Under the pieces are notes generated by a model that saw only the letters and a program-made list of their open reading frames with translations, was not told the DNA's origin and did not search any database. The position numbers and the translations under genes are program-made. A DNA stretch of 63,920 bases, the filler included, from Octopus bimaculoides (Eukaryota), in the NCBI RefSeq assembly GCF_001194135.2. It is 7 parts of 7 records of this genome, joined end to end, with 100 filler letters (N's around TTAATTAATTAA, not from the genome) between each part and the next. Parts side by side here need not be neighbours in the genome. Positions count along the whole stretch, not along the records: positions 30,403 to 48,817 come from NC_068987.1; 6 more parts are not named here. One strand, 5' to 3'. Below, piece by piece: positions 34,601 through 46,959 of the stretch; within the stretch, counting starts at the first letter, position 1, and every line of letters begins with the position of its first letter.

Positions 34601-35499
34601 CACAGACATATATATATAGAAATATTTATCATGTTTCTCTCATTCGTAGGCACTCTTGTTTTAAAATGGCCATTGCTTCTCCCCAAATATAGTAAATTGG
34701 CCATTGCTCCCTCTTCACTATGGTTACTTGCTGCTATTTCTATTTCCTATGGCAAAATTGTCCTTTTTATTTGACCGGCTGTAGATCATATAAAGGACCT
34801 TTAGCACATGGTTTCTTAGACTTTCACACTGCTTGCTTCACTGTTGTTGATTGACACTCACGACATGCACAGCTAAGATAAGAATTTCTCTCGTTTTTAA
34901 TTGCTTCATTCATTCATCCGTTCATCTCACCCGTATTACTAACATGTACTTTCGTAACCTGTAATTATTTAAATTAATTCTCCAAATTTCTTTCAAATTG
35001 TAATTCCCTAAAACTTTAGTTTTCTCTCCCTGTTTCATAATGTCACTGTTATCTAAAATTCGTATGCACTCTTGTTTTACTTATATCTCACACTGTTGCC
35101 ATGATTCTCCCATTTGTAGGCACTCTTGTTTTAAACTGGCTATTGCTTGTCCACGATGTGCCCACTGCATTGAAAATTTATTCTCAATACCGGAAACCCC
35201 TACAGGGCTCTGCCTCGCTTCTCTACCAGAAGACTTGCATACATCCGTTCCTCCTTCCCTGCCACCAACAATCGCTCACACTATTGTTAAATGCACCAAA
35301 AGGTGATATGTTACTTAGTAAATTATTATCAAATTAACAAACCACTTACCTCTTTCTCTATATATATAATGGATTAACCAATTGCAGATCACTTATATAA
35401 TCAATTTATACATTGACCTATTTATATTTGCAGCAGTAACACTTATATGTATGTTACTCACCACCAATAGGCACAACAATTTTAACGTTTGAATGGTGT

Positions 35500-38142
35500 G
35501 AGGTTAAAGCGAGACCAACTGATGTGACACGTCTGTGACCAAACGATCACTGAAACCTTCTTTTCGGGTGTCCAATACCTTCTCTCCTACCCATGTTCCC
35601 TCCTGCACCCCTTTCCCATGTCTCGGGGTTGGCACTGTCAATGTAAACACATTGAAAGGTAGGTCTAGTTAGATTGCTGAGATGCTTGAATGGAGGTGTA
35701 TTGATGTATGCTGTATCCAAGAGGTAAGGTGGAGAGGAGCTTCAGCCAGGTTCCTCACAGGCAATTTTCTGGAAAGGTAACAGTGGTGTGAGCATACTTC
35801 TTCCAGAGAAATGGGTGGATAAGGTCATAGTAGTCAGAGTGAGCAATAGAGTGCTAGTCTTGCAGAATAGCACAGCATCAATTGTCTCTGAATATGCCCC
35901 ACAAGCGGGCCTGCCAAATGAACAGAAGGACCATTTTTATGATATTCTTCTGCAGGCTATCTCAAAGACGAATGTCAAGGATCTCATCTTCGAGGCCGGG
36001 GATTTCAATGGGCATGTCGGATGGCGGTCCGGTATTTTTCATGGTGTACATGGGGGTCATGGAACTGACTCCCGAAACAAAGAGGGAACAAGGCTACTGA
36101 AGTTCTGTGATGCAAATAACCTATTGATCTGCCGCACCAACTTCAGGAAGCTGACCAGCCACCTAATAACCTACAAATCAGGAGGCTACAATTACATTCT
36201 CACTAGGTAGCGGAAGGCACGGCTGCTCTTAAATACAAAGACCCTCCCTGGTGAAGAATGTATCCCCCAGCATAGACTAGTCATTAGTTACTTCAGACTT
36301 CAGGCCAGTAGGATGCCAAGAAGGAGACCAATCTGGAAAAGAAGGATTTGGAAGCTTAAAGACCCTTCATATGGTCAGAGATTTCGGAACATTATAATTG
36401 AGGAATTTGATGAGAGGGAGGAGGAGCTACAAACCTGTGACATAGACAGCAACTGGGAATTCCTGTGGGATAACTTGCTGAAATCTGTGGGTGGTACAAA
36501 GTCTCAACTAGATCTAGAGTAACGTGGTAGTGGAACGTTGCCATAGACAGGGCCATTAGAGTAAAGAAACAGGCCTGGAAGACCTGGAAGAGTGGAGGTA
36601 GCAGGGAGCTGTATCAGATAGCTAGAAGGGAAGCTAGGAGGCAGGTATATCTAACCAAGGGAGAAGCAGAAAAGAGGAAGTTTGCCTATATTCAGCGACG
36701 TGAGGAACAAAGAATTGAAATGTTCTGGATTGCAAGACAGTGAGTGAGAGAAAATCATGATTTTATAGGAGAGAACATAATCCGCATGGATGATGGTGCA
36801 CTTGCATTTAGTGATTCTGCAAAGAAAGAAGCTTGGAAATGCCATTATGAAAGACTGCTGAATGTAGAGAACGAATGGGAGAAGAGTCTTCCAAAATGAC
36901 CTAATCGAGAGACCAACTACCCGAAATGACAGTACCTTGGTAGATAAAGCAATTAAGGATATGGAGACAGGGAAAGCCTCCGTCCCTCCAGGAATCACTG
37001 CTGAGATGTTTAAAATATCTGACAGTGTAGGTTATGGTCTAGTCACCCGTATTGTAAATCAGGTGATTCATCAAGGAGTCATACCTAATGACTGGTGTAG
37101 CAGCACTATAGTCAACTGCTACAAAGGTAAAGGTGATGCCATGGATAGAAATAATTACAGTGGTATCAAATTGTTGGATCAGGTGATGAAAGTTACGGAG
37201 AGAATCATAGCCCAACTAATTAGGGGGATAATTAGTCTAGATGAGACGCAGTTTGGTTTTGTGCCAGAGAGAAGCACCACCAATGCTATACTTCGGGTAA
37301 GAAATACATAGCCGAATATGCAGGAGAAATACTTAGCCAAAGATAAACCTCTGTACTTGGCTTTTGTTAACTTGGAGAAAGCTTTTGACAGAGTTCACTG
37401 ATCCCTCATCTGGTGGTGAATGCAGAAACTAAGGATAGTTGGGTGGTTGGTTCTCACCAACCACCCAACGTCTCTGTACAAGCCATGTACAGAGACGCTA
37501 CCAGTAAGGTAAGGATTGGCAACGAGTACAGCGAAGAATTCAGAGTACAAGTAGGGGCTCACCATGGATTGGTGTTCAGCCCTCTCTTGTTCATCATAGT
37601 CCTTCAGGCAATAACAGAGGAATTTTAGACATACTTCCTCTGGGAACTCCTCTACGCTGATGACCTTGTTCTTATAGATGAATCACTACCAGAACTAGAG
37701 AAGAAGTCCCAGATATAGAAGAAAGGCCTAGAATCGAAGGGCCTTAGAGTTACCGAGCAAAAACCAAAGTCTTAGTAAGTAGGAAGGCAGACAAATCACA
37801 AGTAGATGGCCCTGACCGATCTTTAGAAAAGGTGTAAGTAGTAACTCTGTAAGATGTACCCAGTGTAAGCTTTGGATACGTAAAAGGTGCAGTAATATCA
37901 GAGGAAGGTTAACAGGGAAAAAAGCTTTTGTGCGTGGTAGATGCACATATATAATAAACACCAAAAATGTACAGAAAATAGACTCCATCAACTGCCATGG
38001 GGTAGGGTAGAGGTAGTAGATAGCTTCCGTTACTTACGTTATCAAGTTAGCAGCGGAGGTGGATGCTCCGAGAGCATAGCTATAGAATAAGATTAGGCTG
38101 GGCAAAATTTAGAGAGCTCTTGCCTTTGCTGGCAACAAAAGG

Positions 38143-38180
<38 letters not shown>

Positions 38181-39430
38181 GGAGTGAAAGCAGATTGTAT
38201 GATGCCTATATGCGAACAGCTATGCTACATGGCTGTGAAACATGGGCTGTGACAGCCGAGAACACGCCTGAAAGAAATGAAGCCAGCATGCTTCGCTGGA
38301 TGTGCAATGTCTGTACATGTTCAACAAAGTGTAAGCATCTTATAAGAAAAGTTAGGTATAAGAGGCATCAGGTGTGGTGTGCAAGACAGGCGAATGTGCT
38401 GGTATGGTCATGTGATGCGTATGGACAAGGGCAGCTGTGTAAAGAAGCGTCGATCCCTAACTGTGGAGGGAAACAGTGGTAGAGGTAGACCCAGGAAGAC
38501 ATGAGATGAGATGGTGAAGCATGATCTCTGAACTTTGGGCCTCACAGAAGTAATGATTAGTGACCAAAACCTTTGGTGATATGCTATGCTTGAAAAAAAA
38601 CCCGTCAAACCAAGTGAAATTGTAGTTGTGGCTGATGCTGGTGTCTCGTAACGGCGCCTGTGCAGGTGGCATGTAAAATACCCTTTCGAGCATTGAGCCT
38701 CATGGAGTAAAAGTGGTTGAAGTCCTTTCAAATGTTAGACTTCACAGATGTAATGACCGAGGCCTTTGGAATTATGTTGTACTTGAGAAGAAGACCCATC
38801 AAACGAAGTAGAATTGCAGTCGTGGCAGATACTGGTGTCACGCAAATGTCACCCGTGCCAGTAGTACATAAAAGCACATTTCAAGCGTTGGGCCTAACGG
38901 AGGAAAGGACTGAGCGTTGGGCCTCACGGAGACAAGGACCAAAACTGAGCTCCGATCGAATGTTGGGCCTCACAGACGCAATGACTAAGACCTGTGGCAT
39001 AATGTTGTGCTTGGGAAGAAGACCTATCAAACCAAGTAAAATTGCAGTTGTGGCAGATACTGGTGTCAGACAAATAGCACCCGTGCCAGTGGCACATAAA
39101 AGCACCTTTTGAGCGTTGGGCCTCAAAGAAGCAAGGACCGAGACCATTTGGCATTATGCCCGGCTACGAGCGTTGGGCCTCATGGAGGTAATGCTGTGCT
39201 TGAGAAGAAGACCCATCAAGCCAAGTAAAACCAGTCGTGGCAGATACCAGTGTCACACAAATGGCACCCGTGCCGGTGGCACATAGAAGCAACCATTACA
39301 CTGTGGTTGTTGTTAGGAAGGGCATCCGGCCGTAGAAACCATGCCAAAACAGACTGGAATCTGGTGCAGCCTTCCAGCTTGCCAGCCCTGGTCAAACCGT
39401 CCATGCCAACATGGATGATGATGATGATGT
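35500..39430 (+). mobile_element. RTE-clade LINE, near full length, decayed (APE endonuclease + RT), with reiterated 3' end and (GAT)n tail
   Basis: APE: GTVNVNTLKG...IDVCCIQEVRWRG, YAPQAG, AGDFNGHVG. RT: KGKGDAMDRNNYSGIKLL, QFGFVPERSTTNAI, AFVNLEKAFDRV, FSPLLFIIV, LLYADDLVL. C-terminus: LGWAKFRELLPLL, MLHGCETW, GRPRKTW. Multiple stops and frameshifts; ends GGATGATGATGATGATG at ~39430. Confidence 0.95.
38540..39290 (+). repeat. Four diverged tandem units (~190-230 bp) of the RTE ORF terminus and 3'UTR
   Basis: Anchor CTTG(A/G)(A/G)AAGAAGACC..TCAA.C.AAGT at ~38590, 38781, 39010 and 39198, each preceded by a TTGGGCCTCACAGA-like start. Confidence 0.85.
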
Positions 39431-42017
39431 TATGAATCACTATGAATTTTTGAAAATATTTATATGTAATTTCTACTGTACTTTTTCTTGGAGAGCATTC
39501 AAAAAAGAAACATTTTGAGATCTCATTTGTGAAATCTGGGTGAATATTTTAGGAAATATGACAATTTAAATGGTCAGTGAAATAGTTGAAATCTTGCCTA
39601 ATTGGCCTAAATGAATAATTAGCCATATTTGTGATTTATATCTTTGAAACTGAAGTGATAATCATCTTCAAAGTACACAAATTAATAGTGACCATGGTAT
39701 AGCAGTTGCCTATTTTTTTCAGGTTCTGCAAAAGAAAACTTTTTTGGCAATTTAAAAAATTTTTATGTAAAGCCTATTTTGTTAGATATCACAAACAATT
39801 TCAAAGTGTTTTCGGATCTTGTTAAATCCAAAAGTACAAGTCAGAGTATAGAACTAAATAAATCCTGGCATTTTAGAACATGACAATGTCTCAATAAAAT
39901 TTCAATAGACTATTAAATATGGCTATAAATGGTAGAGTTTTGGATCAGGATGCTCACATAAGCTGGATTTTCTCCATTTTGACAAGGATTTTCCCAATTT
40001 CTTTTGCATCAGTCTTGGAAATGATGAGAGTAAGCTTTTATGAAAAAAAGTTTTGAAAATCTGATTCCACTCCTCCGGACCAATTTTAGCCAATTTTGTT
40101 TGCACTATGCCCTTAAAAACGAGAAGCCTTTTTGTTAAAAAAAATGAAAATATTTTCAAACGAAAATTTAAGGGAGATTTAGCTATTGATTTTAGCTCAT
40201 CCAACAATCACCTCATACGTTTTTCAGAATTGCATGTAGACCTAGATTAAAAACCAAAGAAAACGTGAAAATTAATTCCTTGCTTTAAGCATTAAAAACA
40301 TAAATTAAAGGTATCAACATCTATAACTTGCAGCAAACTCGTTAGTTGGAGAGAGAAAAAATACCCAAAACGAATATGTAAACAGACACAAATCAACCCG
40401 ATTGTATTCGAAATTGGAAAAAAACCCATCACATCTGACTTCAATAGCCTACAAAAGTATATCCATTGCACAACATAATTTTTATTGGTGAGATTTGACC
40501 AATATTTCTCGAGAAAACGAAATTTACATGTGTAGTGGTGCCACCAAAATGTGGTGGAATCACCATAATGTGGTGGAGTGTGTTGTATGTTTGTGTTATC
40601 GTGTCAGGGTGCGATAGGCATGTATTTGCCTGTAAATAAACAAAGAGATACTATGGTCAACTATAACATATATTATTTGCTGCATTGAACTCTGGTGTTA
40701 GTACATATTCTTCACCACTACATTAATTTTTGGCAACTTACTTCGAGTTGCTAGGAAAAATGGAACCGGGGTACATCTGTGTAGTTGATGTATCCGAAGA
40801 CTAAATATGTTCGTGTGTGTGTATGTGTGTTCGTTCCTTCATCTTGCGTGGTACGGCCAATCTCTGTGTGATAGTCGCAGAGCACTGGGTCGGTCTGTCG
40901 CGAATCACAGTCCGTCTCTCTCTGTCCTCCCTGCAAGATTCTCCTATTTATAAAAAATCAGGGGCAGCTAGAAGGATGGACATGCTGCAGCAGGTTTAGT
41001 ACCTAAGTATGTCAGTCGCTGTCCAGTTGAACTTCGCTTGACATCTATGAGGTTATAAGGTCGAGGGGAGGCTGTCCATCATTTTTTTGACAGGACAAAG
41101 AAAACCTGATTTCGCGCCTGTTGCTCACAATAAATCCGACGGGGGAGAATTCTTAGATTCGGTTTCGAATCTAAGCTTGGAGAAGGGAAATGTTAGTTTT
41201 TACACATGTATAAGAATATCTGCTAAGTTTGCTTAGCAGCTCTCAACATGTTGAAGTAGCAAGAGGGAATAAATTTTGAGCTTTTGAAGACTTATTAAAT
41301 TCAATTTAGTGCATTTTTTGTAGAAGTATATGTTTAGTTAGTAATTAGTTTGTCCATTTCTTGAAATTCTGGCTTAAACTTGATAGTTGAAGCCTTGAAT
41401 TTGTGTCTGTTTGACCTCTTGCTACACGCGAATATGTCAGTTTGGCAAATTGGGTCAGTATACCACCCTCCTTACTTACTTTGCACTTTTAAGCCATATT
41501 GTAGTTAGAATTATCAATGACCATATTGAATTCGTGAGAATTCTTTTTTTTTTTTGTGATATTAAAATCTTGAAGAAAATATGTTCTTGTCTAAGTGAAA
41601 ATTTACAATGAAGTTTTAATCTTTATATTTCGTAACGCTTATCTGACCTACTACCATCAATTTTTATATTAAAATAAGATAAAAATATCTCTTGACTGTA
41701 TGATTTTGTACAGAAGTCAAGTTATAGCATTCCAGCACATTGAACTAGAATGAGAGCTATTGTTCAGCAGTCAAAAAACAAAACAAAAAAAAACAAAGTG
41801 GAACAAACTTTGTAAATGCGTGGAAATACCAGAGTGTTTGTGGGACCCTGACATGATATGTAACTGTCAGATATAAATTAAAGGTATATGAGAAAAAAGT
41901 TTACATCCAGAACTTTCAAATGGAAAATATTTATTTTGACATAAAAATGATGAAGCAAAATGTGTTTTAGTGTGTTCAAACTGTGTTTGTCTCCACTGTA
42001 CAACATTCTATAGTGAT

Positions 42018-42059
<42 letters not shown>

Positions 42060-42062
<3 letters not shown>

Positions 42063-42223
42063 GTGTCGACGCCCCCAGACGATGAAGTAGGCTAACCCAA
42101 TACGTAGATATAGAGAGAGAAGTCTAGACGTCGAAGTAATTGAGTAGAGGTCATCCGAACGTGCGTTATAACAGTAGCGACGAGGATTTCGTAGCTCGCA
42201 CAGCCACTGTGTTATTGCGATAT

Positions 42224-42230
<7 letters not shown>
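42060..42230 (+). mobile_element. LTR-end plus PBS relic related to the Gypsy element at 31.8 kb
   Basis: TTATAACAGTAGCGACGAGGATTT (~42165-42188) vs ATATAACAGTGGTGACGAGGATTT on the minus strand at 31777-31800. Confidence 0.5.
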
Positions 42231-42254
<24 letters not shown>

Positions 42255-42258
<4 letters not shown>

Positions 42259-42410
42259 ATGGGCTTCTTTCAGTTTCCATCTACTAAATCCACTCACAAG
42301 GCTTTGATCGACCAGAAGCTATAATAAAATACATTCGCCCAAGGTGCCATGAACCTAGAACCATATGGTTGGGAAGCTAACTTCTTATCACACAGCCACA
42401 CCTGTGCCTA
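42255..42410 (-). mobile_element. CORE-type SINE 5' half
   Basis: GGGCTTCTTTCAGTTTCCATCTACTAAATCCACTCACAAGGCTTTG...CTTCTTATCACACAGCCAC. Confidence 0.8.
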
Positions 42411-43489
42411 TATATATATATATATATATCTTTTCTTTTTTGTTTTCTTAGTAGTCCATCAATCTCCGATGAAGACGTAGTCTGTGGTCTCAACAGTCAG
42501 AGGTGGGAATGCATGTGGCTGTGTAGCCCGAAGCTGGAAGCTCACAGGCCCCTGCAGGTTGGACACTGGTAGTCTGTGGTTAGGNNNNNNNNNNNNNNNN
42601 NNNNNNNNNNNNNNNNNNNNNNNNNNNNNNNNNNNNNNNNNNNNNNNNNNNNNNNNNNNNNNNNNNNNNNNNNNNNNNNNNNNNNNNNNNNNNNNNNNNN
42701 NNNNNNNNNNNNNNNNNNNNNNNNNNNNNNNNNNNNNNNNNNNNNNNNNNNNNNNNNNNNNNNNNNNNNNNNNNNNNNNNNNNNNNNNNNNNNNNNNNNN
42801 NNNNNNNNNNNNNNNNNNNNNNNNNNNNNNNNNNNNNNNNNNNNNNNNNNNNNNNNNNNNNNNNNNNNNNNNNNNNNNNNNNNNNNNNNNNNNNNNNNNN
42901 NNNNNNNNNNNNNNNNNNNNNNNNNNNNNNNNNNNNNNNNNNNNNNNNNNNNNNNNNNNNNNNNNNNNNNNNNNNNNNNNNNNNNNNNNNNNNNNNNNNN
43001 NNNNNNNNNNNNNNNNNNNNNNNNNNNNNNNNNNNNNNNNNNNNNNNNNNNNNNNNNNNNNNNNNNNNNNNNNNNNNNNNNNNNNNNNNNNNNNNNNNNN
43101 NNNNNNNNNNNNNNNNNNNNNNNNNNNNNNNNNNNNNNNNNNNNNNNNNNNNNNNNNNNNNNNNNNNNNNNNNNNNNNNNNNNNNNNNNNNNNNNNNNNN
43201 NNNNNNNNNNNNNNNNNNNNNNNNNNNNNNNNNNNNNNNNNNNNNNNNNNNNNNNNNNNNNNNNNNNNNNNNNNNNNNNNNNNNNNNNNNNNNNNNNNNN
43301 NNNNNNNNNNNNNNNNNNNNNNNNNNNNNNNNNNNNNNNNNNNNNNNNNNNNNNNNNNNNNNNNNNNNNNNNNNNNNNNNNNNNNNNNNNNNNNNNNNNN
43401 NNNNNNNNNNNNNNNNNNNNNNNNNNNNNNNNNNNNNNNNNNNNNNNNNNNNNNNNNNNNNNNNNNNNNNNNNNNNNNNNNNNNNNNNT

Positions 43490-43875
43490 ATATTCTTTTA
43501 TTCTTTTATTTGTTTCAGTCATTTTGACTGTAGCCATGCTGGAGCACCACATTTAGTCGAGTAAATCGACCCCAAGACTTATTTTTTGTAAGCCTGATAC
43601 TTATTCTATCAGTGTCTTTTGCTGAACCGCTAAGTTACGGGGACGTAAACACATCAGCATCGGTCGTCAAGCGATGTTGAGGGGGACAAACACAGACACA
43701 CGTACATACATACATATATACGACAGGCTTCTTTCAGTTTCCGTCTACCAAATCCACTCACAGGGCTTTGGTCGGCCCGGGGCTATAGAAGACACTTGCC
43801 CAAGGTAACACGCAGTGGGACTGAACCTGGAACCATGTGGCTGGTAAGCAAGCTACTTACCACACAGCCACTCCC
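43490..43875 (-). mobile_element. Full-length CORE-type SINE
   Basis: Close match to the reverse complement of 20563-20975. Confidence 0.9.
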
Positions 43876-43904
43876 ACGCCCTAATATATATATATTATAC
43901 ATTA

Positions 43905-44270
43905 CAGTGGCACTCCGTAGGTTTCGACGACGAGGGTTCCAGTTGATTCGATCAACGGAACAGCCTGCTCGTGAAATTAACGTGCAAGTGGCTGAGCACT
44001 CCACAGACACTTGTACCCTTAACGTAGTTCTCGAGGAGATTCAGCGTGACACAGAGTGTGACAAGGCTGGCCCTTTGAAATACAGGCACAACAGAAACAG
44101 GGAGTAAGAGTGAGAGAAAGTTGTGGTGAAAGAGTACAGCAGGGTTCGCCACCATTCCCTGTCGGAGCCTCGTGGAACTTTAGGTGTTTTCGCTGAATAA
44201 ATACTCACAACGCCCGGTCTGGGAATCGAAACCGCGATCCTACGACCGCGAGTCCGCTTCCCTAACCACT
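43905..44270 (-). mobile_element. Full-length Deu/Nin-like tRNA SINE
   Basis: Reverse complement of 60809-61190, including the head CAGTGGTTAGGGAAGCGGACTCGCGG...GGTTTCGATTCCC. Confidence 0.85.
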
Positions 44271-44279
44271 GTGATGCTG

Positions 44280-45725
44280 TGAGATTCGCAATACATGTCG
44301 TGCTCGTGTTCAAACAGAGAATAAACCAACAATAGTCATGATCACGGACTAGCACCGAATGCTGTGGGAGCACGATTCGCCATTTCAGCATTAAGAAAAA
44401 CGTTGCAAGACGGTGTTAAAACAAGTACTCGAGTGCTCATTTCAGAAACTACAAATAATATTTGTGAGAATGCAAAATATGAATTACCATGGTTGCAAAC
44501 AGTTTCTACAAAATGGCGCAAAAAGCTTCTGGTGCTCCTCCGTTGCCTCTTCATCGAACTGGATTTCAAATTCCTGATTCTTTTAACTACTTGGAAGGCG
44601 GTAATTTGTTCCTGCAATGCAACACAGGCAGTAATGATGAAAAGAGGATTTTAATCTTTACCTCTAACAAAGGTCTTCAACAACTAGAAAACACCTCATT
44701 TTTAGGAATGGATGGCACATTCAAATCATCACCAAGTGCATGCTATCAGCTTTTCATCATTCATGCTATCATAAATAGTAGATCTTATCCTTGAACTTTC
44801 ATTCTACTGCCGGACAAACACAAGCAACATATGACAAGACCTTTCTTGAAATAAAATTTGCAGCCTCGTCAAGTACTGATTGACTATGAACGGGAAATTC
44901 GTAACAGTTGTGACCATAGCTTTACTGGCAGCACCAGCGTAGGTTGTTTATTTCATTTTTGCAAGACGGTTTAATGGAAATTATGCCAACTCGGATATAA
45001 AGTTCAATATAGTACTGCCACTAAAATAAAAATGTTCTGTGCACTGGCATATTTACCACCAGAAGAAATAATTGATACTTATGAAGATCTCTGTGAGGAC
45101 GAATCAATTCCAATAGATTTTATAAGCTATTTCGAACTGACATACATTGACCAAAGAGAGGAAGACATGGCAGACGAGAAGAGCTTTTGTTTCTAGTTAA
45201 TGTTTGGAATGTTTACAATCGAGTAATTCAGGAATTGCTTTGAACAAACAATGCTCTTGAAGGGCTTCACTCAGCATTGCGCACATCAATAACAAGCAAG
45301 CACCCAAACATCTGGAAGCTTATTGAAGAATCCCTTACACAGACCAATATAATCCATGCTCAAAGAGGAGATAATCCACAGAAAAAGTGATAATACCAGT
45401 CAATAGATAGGTCAATAAAAAACCTTGTGCAATCTTATGATAGTGACAACAAATTAACTTTCCTAAAGGCAATTGCTCATTCATTAAATTCTTCGGTTTA
45501 ATTTTCAGGGACAGAATGTTCTCAGACCTATTTTGCTAATATTTTGTTTAATATGTTTGATAAAAAGAAATATCATATATGTATTTTTTGATGGTTTAAA
45601 CATGAGTTACCCTTATTTTTCTGCTAGTTTATACATGTGATTTTTATATTTTTATTGAGAAATATATTAATAACGCCTAGGATCAATATTTTTCAGGACC
45701 GAATTTTCCGGGACCTAATTTTCCT
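44280..45725 (+). mobile_element. Mutator-like (MULE) transposase pseudogene with right-end subterminal repeats
   Basis: RILIFT...MDGTFKSSP...YQLFIIH (DGTFK at 44711-44725), DYE, GCLFHFCK (44942), ALAYLPPEEI, *TNNALEGLH (45241-45270). GGACC.AATTTTCC is repeated at 45695-45724. Confidence 0.85.
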
Positions 45726-45906
45726 AATTTCTTGTGTAATATGTCTGATAAAAGGTAATATTATAAATATATTTTTTGCTGTTTTATCCATTGCTGTTTT
45801 ATCCATTTTTCAATAAAATTACTCTTCTATTTAGTCATGTATATTTTTTATTTGTTTAATTAATCTTTTCATGGGTAGTTTACTAATAATTTCTGGGACC
45901 CAGAAG

Positions 45907-46280
45907 GTGAATGACAATGACCTTTTTGTGTGCACAGTTTGTGACAGAACATGCCTTTCTTATGCTGGGCTCAAATCTCATTTGCGAACCCATTGAAAAC
46001 GAACCTCCACCAACTATCCTGCCTATATGTCTGTGCACACCTTTGAATGCAATTTATGCCAGAAGGTTTGCAAATCTAACGGAGGCCTCAAAAGTCATTT
46101 TAAGATCCACAAAGATCAGAACTTAACTGCAGCTCTTGGTGGCCCAAATTGGATGTGCAATCTATGTGGGTGTCTTTTCAGGACATTGTCTGGTTTAAAA
46201 AGCCACATCAGATGCCATGATGGTTCTAGGGTGTAGGTACAGGAGGTGGTCAAACTCTGCATGAGTAGACAACCACCGTA
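45907..46280 (+). mobile_element. Three tandem C2H2 zinc fingers, probably the 3' end of a LINE ORF2, with one in-frame stop
   Basis: In one frame: CTVCDRTCLSYAGLKSHLRTH, TGA at 45994-45996, then CNLCQKVCKSNGGLKSHFKIH and CNLCGCLFRTLSGLKSHIRCH. No TGEKPY linkers. The GLxSHxRxH pattern is typical of LINE C-termini, and the segment ends in (TA)n. Confidence 0.65.
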
Positions 46281-46737
46281 TATATATATATATATATAGA
46301 AAACAAGGTAGAAAATGCTAAAATACTTTTATCATGAAGAACATTTTAGTACCGGTTTCAGTCTGCGACTTTTCAACTTAGAGTAAAGCATGAAAAACAA
46401 TTAAATTGTGGAATTTTTAAATGAAATGTTTTTTAAAAATATTTCCATAATTTTCAAATGCAATGGACATTTTCCTTTTTTCTGTTTGTCTCTGTTTCTC
46501 TTTTCTACTCATGTGAGTTCTTGGTAGTAGGTAGCAGTTAGTAGTAGTCCTAATATTTGATATGAATGCTTGGTTTTGATTGTTTAAGCAGCAATGGTAG
46601 TTAGGAAATGAAGAAGAAGAAGAAGAAGAAGAAGAAGAAGAAGAAGAAGAAGAAGAAGAAGAATGTGGGAGTGGTATGACAGTAGTAGGATGTTGGTAGA
46701 ATCCTCTTAAATGGTCAAGTAATACTTATGAAGATCT

Positions 46738-46915
46738 CTGGTTGTAATAGTAGTGATTGGAATTGTTCTGGTTGTAATAGTAGTGATTGGAATTGTTCTG
46801 GTTGTAATAGTAGTGATTGGANNNNNNNNNNATAGTAGTGATTGGAATTGTTCTGGTTGTAATAGTAGTGATTGGAATTGTTCTGGTTGTAATAGTAGTG
46901 ATTGGAATTGTTCTG
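46738..46915. repeat. 30-bp perfect minisatellite GTTGTAATAGTAGTGATTGGAATTGTTCTG, at least 5 copies
   Basis: Seen directly, interrupted by a 10-N gap. Confidence 0.95.
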
Positions 46916-46959
46916 AATAAATTCACGGAAGTGACTGTTCTGAATATATATCGTTTTTA

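Noticed and set aside
39480-40560. AT-rich segment with a 94-aa minus-strand ORF (MLDELKSIAK...)
   Set aside because: It looks like the non-coding interior of an unclassified DNA-transposon derivative; no recognisable domain or defined ends.
46738-46915. 30-bp repeats as a CRISPR array or as a coding RTIPITTITT repeat
   Set aside because: The units are directly adjacent with no spacers, there are no cas genes, the context is eukaryotic, and there is no start or splice context for coding.
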